Virus record (IMG/VR): IMGVR_UViG_3300009068_004979
DNA length: 64,000 nt
Reading direction: 5' to 3' (one strand)
From: a virus
The position numbers and the translations under genes are program-made. The first letter of the stretch is position 1, and each line of letters starts with the position of its first letter. The notes under the pieces are model-generated. The model searched no databases. It was not told the DNA's origin and saw only the letters and a program-made list of their open reading frames with translations. Positions 9,834 through 19,729 of the stretch are shown here, piece by piece.

Positions 9834-11333
9834 TTATCCTAATACGCGATTAGCTCCTGCTGTGTTGATTATGGCTTGATCAGATTGCGAGAAACCAGAA
9901 TTAATTGGTGTTGTTAGAGGTATGCCATCAGGTACTGGTACCAAGCTATCGGAATTATTTGGTGTAGTAGCTCTCAATAGTTGTTCAGCTACTGTTCCAA
10001 CGTTTTGATTGAACAATGTGCTGACAGTTACTTTGGTTTTCTCACCAATAGCATGGTACATGAAATTTTTTGTCTCAGAAACAAGGCTTTTTATTGTGAG
10101 CCGTACTTGATAAGCATCCGGTATAATAGCTGTTACATCGATTGGTGTAATTGCCATGGATTGAGAACCAATGACACTGTTAGTTTGACCGGGTATTATA
10201 TTGTTTGCTTGAGGCAGATTGGGATTATATGGTACACTTACATTTGTATTGAGCTGCAATGTGGTTGGTATAGTAAAATTCATTTCACGTCTAGAACCTA
10301 CAAAATCAACAGCCATGCCTGTGATATAAGCAAATGGCATAAATTTTTGACCAGGTATCTCCAATTGATAAAGTACAGGTGGTTCAACTATTGTTTTGCT
10401 TATGCGACCTGGTTTATTTTGATAAAGCAATAAAAATAAGAACTGCCAGTTCTTTATCACATCATCAAATGTTGCAGAGCCAGTATTGATGAGAGGAAAT
10501 GTTACAGTTATTTCTTCACCATCAGTAGGAAAATTATAAAATTTAGCTTTTTCTTGAAATGCAAAATTTGCTTTAATATTTGTGTTCAGTAAAGCTATTG
10601 ATTCTGCAAACCCACCAGCAATCTTAGATGCAGCGCTAAAAGCACCAGAACCGAAAATACTATAATTTGACGATTCACCATAAGAATTCTGGGCTGCATT
10701 AGCGTAATTTTCAAAATATGGCAGAATATAACTCCATCCTGTGTTTTCAGTTATGTAGAGGTTTCTGTAGGGTTTTAACCAAGGTGATGAATTTACTGTA
10801 GCATTATCATCGTATATACTCTGTTGCACATTTTTGATAGCATCATTAAGTGCTTGAGAGGCTCTACTATAAAGCTGTGTACCACCGGGACCAAATTGCG
10901 CTGCTGTTTTATTTGCAATATCGCCTGATGCTGAGCCAGCCTTTATTGCTAGTCCTTTAACAAAATCGATTAATCTTTTTTGCGTGCTTTTAGAGACACC
11001 CAATTGATTCAGCGTTTGTGTTGAAATTTCAGTAGCTGCTCCAATAGAATATGCTAACTGTGCTACTAGAGAATTTACTTTGAGTCTCTTTTCTGTTAAA
11101 ATAACACGAGGTACTTCTTGCCTTGATTGAATTAATTTTGAATATGTCCAGTAGAAGTCACTTACAACATTAACTGTTTTGCCACTATTGAGTGTACCAG
11201 GGCGCTGCAAATTGCCTATGTTTGCGGCATTGCTAGCTGCTACAAGTGAAGGTGGCTGGATTGAATCAGTTATGCTGGTATTACCTGACCCAGCATTCTT
11301 AGCAGCATTAATAGCCCATAAATAATTTGGCAT
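9834..11333 (-). CDS. Baseplate tail-tube cap/initiator-like protein (gp48-like)
   Basis: VTFPLINT, EPPVLYQLEIPG, AYITGMAVDF, IPDAYQVRLTIKSL tube-fold motifs; lies between tape measure and gp53. Confidence 0.6.
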   Translation of the reverse strand: MPNYLWAINAAKNAGSGNTSITDSIQPPSLVAASNAANIGNLQRPGTLNSGKTVNVVSDFYWTYSKLIQSRQEVPRVILTEKRLKVNSLVAQLAYSIGAATEISTQTLNQLGVSKSTQKRLIDFVKGLAIKAGSASGDIANKTAAQFGPGGTQLYSRASQALNDAIKNVQQSIYDDNATVNSSPWLKPYRNLYITENTGWSYILPYFENYANAAQNSYGESSNYSIFGSGAFSAASKIAGGFAESIALLNTNIKANFAFQEKAKFYNFPTDGEEITVTFPLINTGSATFDDVIKNWQFLFLLLYQNKPGRISKTIVEPPVLYQLEIPGQKFMPFAYITGMAVDFVGSRREMNFTIPTTLQLNTNVSVPYNPNLPQANNIIPGQTNSVIGSQSMAITPIDVTAIIPDAYQVRLTIKSLVSETKNFMYHAIGEKTKVTVSTLFNQNVGTVAEQLLRATTPNNSDSLVPVPDGIPLTTPINSGFSQSDQAIINTAGANRVLG

Positions 11334-11343
11334 ATATTAATAT

Positions 11344-13563
11344 TTATACAGTCATGTAAATACCACGGCTTGCATCAGCTCGGAAGTCTGTATTGCCTTT
11401 GCTGGATTCGTTAAACACCATGGTATTTGGTTGATTATTGACCAATACACTTGAAGCTGCTTCTTTATCTTTGATATCTTCAAGGTGATCATTGCCTTGC
11501 TTGACAGCATCTACTTGTTCTTTGGCAGCTTTAAGTAGTTGTTTAAAATCATCTCGTACGCCTGTCATGGTTTTACTCATTTCGCTTACATCCATGGAAT
11601 TTAAAATCTTATTCAATTCTGCAGCATCTTGAACATCTTTTAATTTGCTTTTGACTAATGCATTCACACCTGCTGCAGCAGCATCTGTTACTGCACCTGT
11701 CAAAGCAGAGCCAGCACCTAGTCCACTTAAAAACCCAGTAATTTTGCTTAATTTATCCAGATCTTTAATTGTTGTGAGACTTTCTATTCCTTCTCTTACT
11801 AGCATCATTTGATCTTTGAATTGCTTTCCTACTTGTTTTGTAGAAATTTCAACAAATGTATCATTCATGCCTCGAACAACGCCTGGTAATTTTTCAATTT
11901 TATCTACTCTATCAGCCATGTCTATAATGGATTGAATGTAATCCTTTTTACCTGTCATTATACCGAGAGCACCGCTTATGCCACCTACTATTCCTGAAAC
12001 TGCTTGCCCTGCAGAGCCAGCTAGTAATGCTACAGAAAGTTCAGCCATGGCGGGAATAATTTTTGCAAAAGAATTTAAATCTAGCTTATCTACTGCAGGT
12101 CCTAATTTTTCAAAACCAGTCGCGAGTGAAGTTAGCCCATCGCCAAACATTTTTATGTTATATGCTAGACCAGCAAGAAGTGCTTCTGTTGCTCCAGCTG
12201 CTAGAGCTGCAGTTCCACCTGTTGCATATACTGCAGCACTGCCTGTAATAAGTAGTGCAAAGAAGCCGCCCAAGATACCGACAGCTTTGCCAAACCCTTC
12301 TGTATTGGTTGCTCGGGTCAAATCTTCTATGCCTTTACCAAGGGCGGTAAGAGCTGGTCCAAAGCTTTCTATAATTTTAGGCAGGAAATAAGCAGCTGCA
12401 AAAACTGCAGCAATACTTGCAGCTGCTTTTAAATCAAAAGATTTTGCTAGTTGCTCCATTATGAAAATAAACCCTGCTCCTGCAGCTCCACCGCCAATTA
12501 TAACACTAAACCCTTTAATAATGGCATTCGTATCCATGCTACCAAACTCTTGTAAAGCTTTACGAAATTGATTGATGGCTACAGCTAGACCAACAAGAAC
12601 AAGAGCGGTTTTAGCAAGTGGTAGCTGTTTGATAAATCCTGCAATTGTGTCGCCTGTTTTCTTTAATAAATAAAAAAATACTTCAACTCCAACTGCACCT
12701 GCTGCTATAGCAGCAAGGGTACCAAAAAAATCTTGTACCTGTTTATCAAAGCTTTCAGCAAAAAATGCTTTAAATTTTTCTGTGAGTATGCTAATAAACC
12801 CACCCAAAGCAGCTCCAAGTGCAGGTAAATTTTTAAGTAGCATATCAAATAATACCGGTAATTGTTTTATTGCTGTATCTACAGAATCCATTATCCTATC
12901 AAAAAATGGAAAAAGTGAATCTTTCATTGCTTTGAGTATGGGTGGTAGCTGACTGCCCACTACTGGAAGAGCGCTTATTACAAAATCTTGAATAAGAGGA
13001 ATTACTGTTTTTGCAAAGTCAGTAATCTTATCAAAGTTTTGAATTAAAGAAAGTATTATTGCAATGCCACCACCTATCATGAGTAAAGTTTTCAAGCCAC
13101 CGAATAAGCCACCTAGACCAGCTAAACCTTGAAAAATACTTCCAAATATGCCAGGTTTGTCTTGTTTCTTATCTGTTTTTAGAATCTTTTCTAATAAATC
13201 ATTGGTTCTTTTATTGGATAGAACTTTAGCTAAATTATTGACAACTTCTTTTGAAACAGATTCTAACTGTACTTTAATTGTTTGTCTTTTAAAAATATTT
13301 TTTAATGTGTTATTTGCGTTTTTCTTTTCATCGTCTTCTGCACCCATGGTTTTATTAAAGGTTTTTGCATAAATTTTAGCAATTTCTTCTGTGCGTTTTT
13401 TTTCTGCTGAAGTAAGTTTATTCTGTGCTGCAGTTTTTTTATCTTTTTTAGTTTGATCTGCTTTATTATCAATTAGTTCTTCATTTGCGTCTGCAATTTC
13501 TTTGAGAGACGCAGAGATAGTATTGAGCTTATCTAAAAAATTCTGAAACTGTGTTTCATCCAT
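11344..13563 (-). CDS. Tape measure protein
   Basis: 739 aa, Ala/Gly-rich amphipathic helices with a hydrophobic middle, C-terminal VLVNNQPNTMVF; position in tail operon. Confidence 0.75.
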   Translation of the reverse strand: MDETQFQNFLDKLNTISASLKEIADANEELIDNKADQTKKDKKTAAQNKLTSAEKKRTEEIAKIYAKTFNKTMGAEDDEKKNANNTLKNIFKRQTIKVQLESVSKEVVNNLAKVLSNKRTNDLLEKILKTDKKQDKPGIFGSIFQGLAGLGGLFGGLKTLLMIGGGIAIILSLIQNFDKITDFAKTVIPLIQDFVISALPVVGSQLPPILKAMKDSLFPFFDRIMDSVDTAIKQLPVLFDMLLKNLPALGAALGGFISILTEKFKAFFAESFDKQVQDFFGTLAAIAAGAVGVEVFFYLLKKTGDTIAGFIKQLPLAKTALVLVGLAVAINQFRKALQEFGSMDTNAIIKGFSVIIGGGAAGAGFIFIMEQLAKSFDLKAAASIAAVFAAAYFLPKIIESFGPALTALGKGIEDLTRATNTEGFGKAVGILGGFFALLITGSAAVYATGGTAALAAGATEALLAGLAYNIKMFGDGLTSLATGFEKLGPAVDKLDLNSFAKIIPAMAELSVALLAGSAGQAVSGIVGGISGALGIMTGKKDYIQSIIDMADRVDKIEKLPGVVRGMNDTFVEISTKQVGKQFKDQMMLVREGIESLTTIKDLDKLSKITGFLSGLGAGSALTGAVTDAAAAGVNALVKSKLKDVQDAAELNKILNSMDVSEMSKTMTGVRDDFKQLLKAAKEQVDAVKQGNDHLEDIKDKEAASSVLVNNQPNTMVFNESSKGNTDFRADASRGIYMTV

Positions 13564-13602
13564 AAGTCATTAATACTTATGGAAAAAATTGTGTTTTATA
13601 CT

Positions 13603-14382
13603 TTATTCTTTGGTGAAGAATACTGTATCTAAATTAATAGTATATGTTGTTTCTTCGTTTTTAACTTTAAGAGCGCTTTGCTCAGCATCTCTTACAGTAG
13701 AAATAAAATCGATGAGCCTACCATTAAGAGCCATGGGTAAATTCTCAATAACTTCTATTTGCTGAGGGATAGAAAGTGTACTAAATTTTATTTCTTCAAT
13801 ATTGGCACCATCAGCAAGCTTAATGCAATCAATAAACTTGATTAATTCGTAGATATAAACTTCACCAACGAGCTCTCTTAGTTTATCTTCATTTGTTGAC
13901 TTCTTGCTATCGAGAATGCGTTTACACTCAGCGTTAGTGCGAAGGTCTTCATCAAGTGTGGGTACTTTGGTAATAACTTCTATTTTATCTAAAAGAATGC
14001 TGGTAGTAAAGGCTGTCAAATCAATTTTATTTTTTATTTTTAAATTTTCTGCATAATCAAACTTAATTTTTACGCCTTCGACTTCTTGTGTAACTTCTGT
14101 GCCAAGTGCATCAGCTCTTAGTGCTAGCAAAAGATTGGGTTTGTCTAAGATAGTTAATTTAGCAGGTGCTACTAAATTTTTAATTATAATATCAGTTGTA
14201 GCAAGAGCAAATGTTATAGGCGTCATAACAATATCTAGAGCTGTTTTTAAAAGCTCTTTTTGTTGCTTTACCGATAATGAATGCAGCTCAACATTTGTAT
14301 TTAAAGAAGGGGCATAAGCGGATACTTTCTTTGCTCCTGTTATTTGTTTTAGCTTGTTAATGGCCAAATTATTATTACTCAT
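13603..14382 (-). CDS. Baseplate hub assembly protein (gp26-like)
   Basis: LSVKQQKELLK, LTILDKPNLLLALRADALG, IDTVFF-like end. Confidence 0.65.
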   Translation of the reverse strand: MSNNNLAINKLKQITGAKKVSAYAPSLNTNVELHSLSVKQQKELLKTALDIVMTPITFALATTDIIIKNLVAPAKLTILDKPNLLLALRADALGTEVTQEVEGVKIKFDYAENLKIKNKIDLTAFTTSILLDKIEVITKVPTLDEDLRTNAECKRILDSKKSTNEDKLRELVGEVYIYELIKFIDCIKLADGANIEEIKFSTLSIPQQIEVIENLPMALNGRLIDFISTVRDAEQSALKVKNEETTYTINLDTVFFTKE

Positions 14383-14405
14383 GTTACTAATAACTTAAGC
14401 GCGTT

Positions 14406-15254
14406 TTATAGTTTTCCAGGTATCTTTGGTTGATTTTGCTTATTTTGTTGCTCTTCGATTTTTTTCTGCTCTTTCTCGAACAGATTGAGTAGCATTATGT
14501 TTTCTACAAAAGTATTTTTATCAACATAATCAGGCGTATAAAATATTTTACTTACAATAAAATATTGCATCTCATATAGGCTAGTTAGATTTGTTTTAAA
14601 GAAATATTTTATAATATCCAAAAGCGATTTGTTAAACGGATTAAGCTCTATATCCTCTTCAATTGTTGGTAGTTTAAATTTTATTTGCTTGAAACTTTCA
14701 ATAATAGTTTCATAAAAATTTTTAATTTCAAAAATAACAGATGCAGGTAAAAGTTTTAATACTTCATCTTTTTCATTATCTTGCAATGTATTAAAATTAA
14801 TTGTTTCATTTTCAAATTTTATTTGTTGTATAATATAGGTTGTTAGATCCAGAAAATTATCATATACAAAATGTGTTGGTAGCCCTAACTCTACAGTAAT
14901 ATTATCCATAGTTAGAATCTTTTTAAATTGAATATTGAATTCAAATATTTGTTTTAAGAAATTTGTTAACGGTAATCTGTGTGTTTGATTTTTTTCAGAA
15001 AATTCTAAATCAGGCGCAATGCATATGGTTCTTTGTAATACCATGAGACAAAATTTATCGTAATTTGTAAATTCTCTGATGTCTGTTTTAAACTCTAAAT
15101 TGTTTTCAATTATTTCGTCTATATATTTTTCTAGTAGTAAATCGTTATTATTCAATATGTATTTATTGAGTTCTTTGAACTGTAGGAAGTTTAATTCGCT
15201 AATTTTATGTTTAGTTCTGGTAGATGGTGCTTCAAAATTAAGATAAAATGCCAT
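14406..15254 (-). CDS. Baseplate hub assembly protein (gp26/gp51-like paralog)
   Basis: TNYDKFCLMVLQR; C-terminal LYEMQYFIVSKIFYTPDYVDKNTFVE resembles gp51. Confidence 0.55.
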   Translation of the reverse strand: MAFYLNFEAPSTRTKHKISELNFLQFKELNKYILNNNDLLLEKYIDEIIENNLEFKTDIREFTNYDKFCLMVLQRTICIAPDLEFSEKNQTHRLPLTNFLKQIFEFNIQFKKILTMDNITVELGLPTHFVYDNFLDLTTYIIQQIKFENETINFNTLQDNEKDEVLKLLPASVIFEIKNFYETIIESFKQIKFKLPTIEEDIELNPFNKSLLDIIKYFFKTNLTSLYEMQYFIVSKIFYTPDYVDKNTFVENIMLLNLFEKEQKKIEEQQNKQNQPKIPGKL

Positions 15255-16162
15255 TATAAGAATCCCAAAGGATTTATATTGCCAATACCATTTTGCAATG
15301 TTGATATCCTTGGTATTTCGCCGTTTGAAATTCTATTCACTATATCTTGCACTGGAAGGTACAAGCTGTTCTCTACAGTATAATTCGAATATGTCCAGCG
15401 CGTTGAGTAAACTGTTTTTTGTTCTGTTTCGTATTCAAAATTTTGTTCTGCAACATTAAATGGCATGCAGTTATAAAAAGTCCAGACTTTTCTAGGTATC
15501 ATGGAGATATTTTGCAGAGTGCGTGTATAGTTTAAAATGGTCATATTTACTTTCATATTTTTGGCATCGCGTAACCCGTTTCTATCGCCAGGTCTAGCTA
15601 CCATGCCAAAATGCGATCCAAGAATAACCCATGGTCTAATAACAAAATCAATAAAGGATGTATTGGTTTCTAGGAAGTCTAGTACTAATGTAGGCGGCTC
15701 AGCATTACGAGCTCCACCAAGCACACCCGGTAAAAAACCTCTGTTATTAGGAATAGTTATAGATTCAGGAGAAAACTGCTCAGTGGGGATTGTAGCGCCT
15801 TGAGCAAATAAACACCCAATTACCTTTTGCAATGGAAAACTTTTTAAAATATTGGCAGCACTATCAATATTAAATCCTTTTTTACTGCCATCTGTGCGTT
15901 CTAGGCTTTGTATGATACTTGTGCGCAGTGCTGGTGGATAGCGATCGATTACAACAATCCACTGTGTCGCCATTGGAATTGATGTAAACCATGATTCCAT
16001 TTGTGTGAGAAAGTAATCACGAACACTAATGAGCGGTACACCTGGTATGTTAAAACCAAAGAGATTGGTAACTTGTGGAGCAAATAAAGGATTAGTGCCA
16101 CGACCAATACCTGTAAAATTTTGGCCTAACGAGTTTAGAGCATCAGTGAACGGATTATTCAC
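15254..16162 (-). CDS. Tail tube-like initiator (gp54-like)
   Basis: Tube-fold motifs LDFLETNTSFIDFVIRPW and WTFYNCMP; follows the tube gene; GTG start after TAAATA. Confidence 0.65.
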   Translation of the reverse strand: MNNPFTDALNSLGQNFTGIGRGTNPLFAPQVTNLFGFNIPGVPLISVRDYFLTQMESWFTSIPMATQWIVVIDRYPPALRTSIIQSLERTDGSKKGFNIDSAANILKSFPLQKVIGCLFAQGATIPTEQFSPESITIPNNRGFLPGVLGGARNAEPPTLVLDFLETNTSFIDFVIRPWVILGSHFGMVARPGDRNGLRDAKNMKVNMTILNYTRTLQNISMIPRKVWTFYNCMPFNVAEQNFEYETEQKTVYSTRWTYSNYTVENSLYLPVQDIVNRISNGEIPRISTLQNGIGNINPLGFL

Positions 16163-16189
16163 TTAAATATTTAGAGCAAGTTGCTTATT

Positions 16190-16738
16190 TTAGGAGAGTT
16201 TTCTCCAGTAGTGATAGGAGATAGTAGAAGTAAATTCAATTGTGTTACCAACACCTTCAGCAATATTATATGTTAAGGGCCCAACACTTCTCACGGAAAC
16301 ACCTACAAGCTGGTACTGAGCTTGTTTATTCATCTGATTATCAAGTGTTACTAGATCGATGATAGCTGTCTGCTTTGGTGCAAAATAATTGCCTGTACTA
16401 GATGAATCATCAAATACTGCTTGTGACCACTGTTCAAATTTCTGACGAATCTTTGACTGTGCATCAGCATAGAATGTTAATGAATAAGCTTCGCTGCCTG
16501 GATATGTAGCATTGCCAGGAATGTTAAAATTCAATCCCATGTAAGGAACTGGAACATTTGTTATGGCGCGCTCTGGAAGTGTGGCTGTTTTTACGTAAAC
16601 TAAATCATCTTGATCAAAAGTAACTGTACCAACACCACCTGTGTTGATTGAAAGCACTCTGAAGTTAAAATCACGAGTAAACTCGCGATTGGTAGCGACT
16701 CTGTAAAAGTCTGTTATGAGTTGATTTACATCTGCCAT
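16190..16738 (-). CDS. Tail tube protein gp19-like
   Basis: VKTATLPE, VPYMG, YSLTFYAD, IEFTSTISYHYW. Confidence 0.9.
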   Translation of the reverse strand: MADVNQLITDFYRVATNREFTRDFNFRVLSINTGGVGTVTFDQDDLVYVKTATLPERAITNVPVPYMGLNFNIPGNATYPGSEAYSLTFYADAQSKIRQKFEQWSQAVFDDSSSTGNYFAPKQTAIIDLVTLDNQMNKQAQYQLVGVSVRSVGPLTYNIAEGVGNTIEFTSTISYHYWRKLS

Positions 16739-16743
16739 AAAAT

Positions 16744-16749
16744 TATTTA
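16744..16749 (-). promoter_or_regulatory. Late promoter of tail tube
   Basis: TAAATA 5 nt before ATG. Confidence 0.75.
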
Positions 16750-16763
16750 TTTCCTTTCGCTAC

Positions 16764-19049
16764 TTACGCGACAATCTCCTGGAAGTTGGTACCAGTTCTT
16801 GTTGCGTAGAAGTTACAAAGGATAAATTCTGCAGTGCGTACTGGTTTGAGATAGATATCCACAACAAGTGAATTGTCATCTACTACTGATGTTGGGTTGT
16901 TTCTCTCGTCGCAAATAAGCAAGAAGTCATATACACCTTGTGTATTCTTTGCATTCTCAAACAATGGTGTGAGTGTATTGAGCACTTGTGTTCTTGTGAA
17001 GAGTGTGTTTGGTTCGAATACAAAATACTTGACAGTTTCTTTTGTAGCAATCTCAAGATTCAAGAACAATCTACGAACATTGATTCTATCAAATGCGCTT
17101 GGCTTCTTCTGCAAGGTCTTTTTACCAAAGATCACAAATCCTTCTGCAGGGAAGAATGCAACTGGATTCAAGCTAATCTTATAGAGTTGATCGCGTTCTT
17201 TCTGCTTAGGATAAAATCCAATATCTGTAACACCTGTTATGATGCCACGTGTAAAGCCTGCTGGAGCATACCATGGCTGGAAGTTTGAATCGGTATTAGC
17301 CATGGCCGTTGCAGCAAATCCTGAGAATGGTACCCAAACTTGCTGATTAGTTGCAATATCAGCCACCTTGGCACAGTTTGCAAATGTACAAACATAGTTT
17401 GAATCAATAGCATTAAACTGATTGCGCAATGGCCAGTAAATGTTGTTTGAGAACGTATTGCCAGGATTATCAAGTGTCTTAATATTGTTTTCTACAAATA
17501 TGTTGGTGAGAGGATCGGCAATAAAGATATGATCTTTGCGCTTGCTTTCAGCCAGGCTAACAAATTCATTAGCAACTGCAAGGTAATTTGATACAACAGC
17601 TGGTACAGATGTTGGATTCTGCGCTGTTAAGCTAGCAGTAGCTGTTGGATAAGGCACTGAATCATCAAAGTAACCAGATGTTGCAGGGTTAAACGAATTT
17701 GCATAGATTGTACCCAATCCAGCTTCAACTGTTACATTGATTGGATAAAGGTCTGTATTATCAAGTCTAGCAAATGCATTCTGTAGCTTAGCTGGAACAT
17801 TACCAATGATCTTAGTATTGATGTCCTGCTGTGAAAAATCACCCAAAGCAATCAATGCATCAGTTGCACCTATGCGATTAATAAATCCTGCATATGTTGC
17901 AGATGGTGCGCCGACGCGGGTTGCATATGCAACAGCATCTTCATTATTAACTGGAAATTGCATCGGTGTGCTTAAGAAGCGAACTTTCTTTATAGGTACA
18001 CCTGAAAGATCTAGCCATGTGCTTGTGTTCTTATTAGAAATATATGGATTGATCAGTGTTGTAATTTGTGTGGAGCTATTGTCAACTGTTTCCATGAAGA
18101 AACTAATGGCAGGTCCACCATTAGGACTGTTGATCTGTCTGAATGTATCAAATGATGCATTGTAACTTTCTTCTAACACGTAATCTAAAGCAATTGTATC
18201 AGGTGAGAACACAGACTGACGTAGTTTGAATATACCAAATGTGGCTGTGTCGTCAAACTGATTGCTTGAAGTATCAAATGTTGGTACATTTTCAAGTACT
18301 TCTGAAACACTGCCTGGTGCACCACCAGATGATGCTGAAAGTGAAAAGTTGAGTCTCACATCAGGAATTGTTACATAGTTACTAATGGCAGCTGCTGTTG
18401 TATTGATTGATAGTACACTATTAACACCATTGAATGGTGTTGCTGGGTTTAGGTTTGTATTGTCAATGGCACCAAAATAATAACCTTCATATCGAGAATT
18501 AATAGTCGATTGTGACTTGTTAAGAATAATCATACCAGCAGCGCTCAATGAGGCTACTGTATCGAAAGTTGAAGAACCAGATGTGTTATTAGACCATGTG
18601 AAGCCATTACCACGAATAAGATTCAAATACTGTGTGGTGTTAAGTTTGAGATGTGTGGGCTTACCAAAGAAATATGCACCAGATGTCACATCCAGAGCTG
18701 TTGATGATGCTCCGTTAACATACGATAGCACTGGGTATACCAAAGCGCTATAATTTGCGCTTGTATCAATACCAGCTGCAGAGCCATATGGCAATCTATA
18801 TACTAAAATATCTGCTGGGCTGTTGAAAACTGATTTAACTGAATGATAAAAATATCTTTCTGCAGCATTTGTAGGCTGTCCAAAGATTTGCTCGTGTTCA
18901 GAAAGGCTTGATACTTTGATTGGTTCGGAAAGTGGGCCTCTTGGAGCAAAGCCAGGGATAAACACTGTAGTTGCTGGAGATCCTACTGCTCTTAATGAAA
19001 GGTCAATTTCTTGAATTTGTACGCCGGGGCTTTGGATCGTTCTTGCCAT
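16764..19049 (-). CDS. Tail sheath protein gp18-like
   Basis: SPGVQIQEIDL, PWYAPAGFTRG, FDRINVRRLF, FEPN, KPVRTAEFI. Confidence 0.97.
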   Translation of the reverse strand: MARTIQSPGVQIQEIDLSLRAVGSPATTVFIPGFAPRGPLSEPIKVSSLSEHEQIFGQPTNAAERYFYHSVKSVFNSPADILVYRLPYGSAAGIDTSANYSALVYPVLSYVNGASSTALDVTSGAYFFGKPTHLKLNTTQYLNLIRGNGFTWSNNTSGSSTFDTVASLSAAGMIILNKSQSTINSRYEGYYFGAIDNTNLNPATPFNGVNSVLSINTTAAAISNYVTIPDVRLNFSLSASSGGAPGSVSEVLENVPTFDTSSNQFDDTATFGIFKLRQSVFSPDTIALDYVLEESYNASFDTFRQINSPNGGPAISFFMETVDNSSTQITTLINPYISNKNTSTWLDLSGVPIKKVRFLSTPMQFPVNNEDAVAYATRVGAPSATYAGFINRIGATDALIALGDFSQQDINTKIIGNVPAKLQNAFARLDNTDLYPINVTVEAGLGTIYANSFNPATSGYFDDSVPYPTATASLTAQNPTSVPAVVSNYLAVANEFVSLAESKRKDHIFIADPLTNIFVENNIKTLDNPGNTFSNNIYWPLRNQFNAIDSNYVCTFANCAKVADIATNQQVWVPFSGFAATAMANTDSNFQPWYAPAGFTRGIITGVTDIGFYPKQKERDQLYKISLNPVAFFPAEGFVIFGKKTLQKKPSAFDRINVRRLFLNLEIATKETVKYFVFEPNTLFTRTQVLNTLTPLFENAKNTQGVYDFLLICDERNNPTSVVDDNSLVVDIYLKPVRTAEFILCNFYATRTGTNFQEIVA

Positions 19050-19055
19050 ATAAAG

Positions 19056-19061
19056 TATTTA
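19056..19061 (-). promoter_or_regulatory. Late promoter of tail sheath
   Basis: TAAATA 6 nt before ATG. Confidence 0.75.
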
Positions 19062-19090
19062 TGTTTCTTCAAGTAAAACTTTTTTACTTT

Positions 19091-19726
19091 TTATAAATTA
19101 TCTACATTTTCAACTAAATTTGCAATAAATTGTGAGTAAGCAAACGAGAAAGTGGTGTCAATTTCACTGCCATCTCTATAGTTAAATTCAATGCCTCCAA
19201 GTTCTGTTGGGAAGGCTTGTGTGTATCTAAACTCTATGGTTCTCTTGTCATATTCATCAAGAGCAAATATAGATATATCTGATCTGTACAAAAGCTGTGT
19301 GGGTGATAATCCTTGATCTTTAGTAATTTTTACAAGAGGAACACCGTCTGTTGTTAAGTTGTTAACATCAAATGTGCTTGTCTTATCATTGTTTAGTAAG
19401 TTTAACCAAGAATATAATACCCAATAGTTATAAAAACGGTTATCCACTGTAAAATTAATAGTCAATGGAGGATAGGGGCTTCTAGAATTGCTTGAATGCT
19501 GCAGTGTTTGCCCGGAATATCTGGTTTGTACTTCGGCCACATCAACATTCGGCACCACCGCACCATATATGGAGAACTGCAGTGAATCAGGGTTGATGCC
19601 TTGTTCTCCGCTTCTAAACTTTGATGCTACTTTCTTCAATGCATCAGGCAAGTTTAATACAAAAAGAAATTTATCTTTGCGTGACTTGTTAAAAGGGCTC
19701 TGCATGTATGCTGTATTGTTGGGCAT
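19091..19726 (-). CDS. Tail completion/tube terminator (gp3-like)
   Basis: Tube-like motifs LTINFTVDNRFYNY and YTQAFPTELGGIEF. Confidence 0.65.
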   Translation of the reverse strand: MPNNTAYMQSPFNKSRKDKFLFVLNLPDALKKVASKFRSGEQGINPDSLQFSIYGAVVPNVDVAEVQTRYSGQTLQHSSNSRSPYPPLTINFTVDNRFYNYWVLYSWLNLLNNDKTSTFDVNNLTTDGVPLVKITKDQGLSPTQLLYRSDISIFALDEYDKRTIEFRYTQAFPTELGGIEFNYRDGSEIDTTFSFAYSQFIANLVENVDNL

Positions 19727-19729
19727 ATA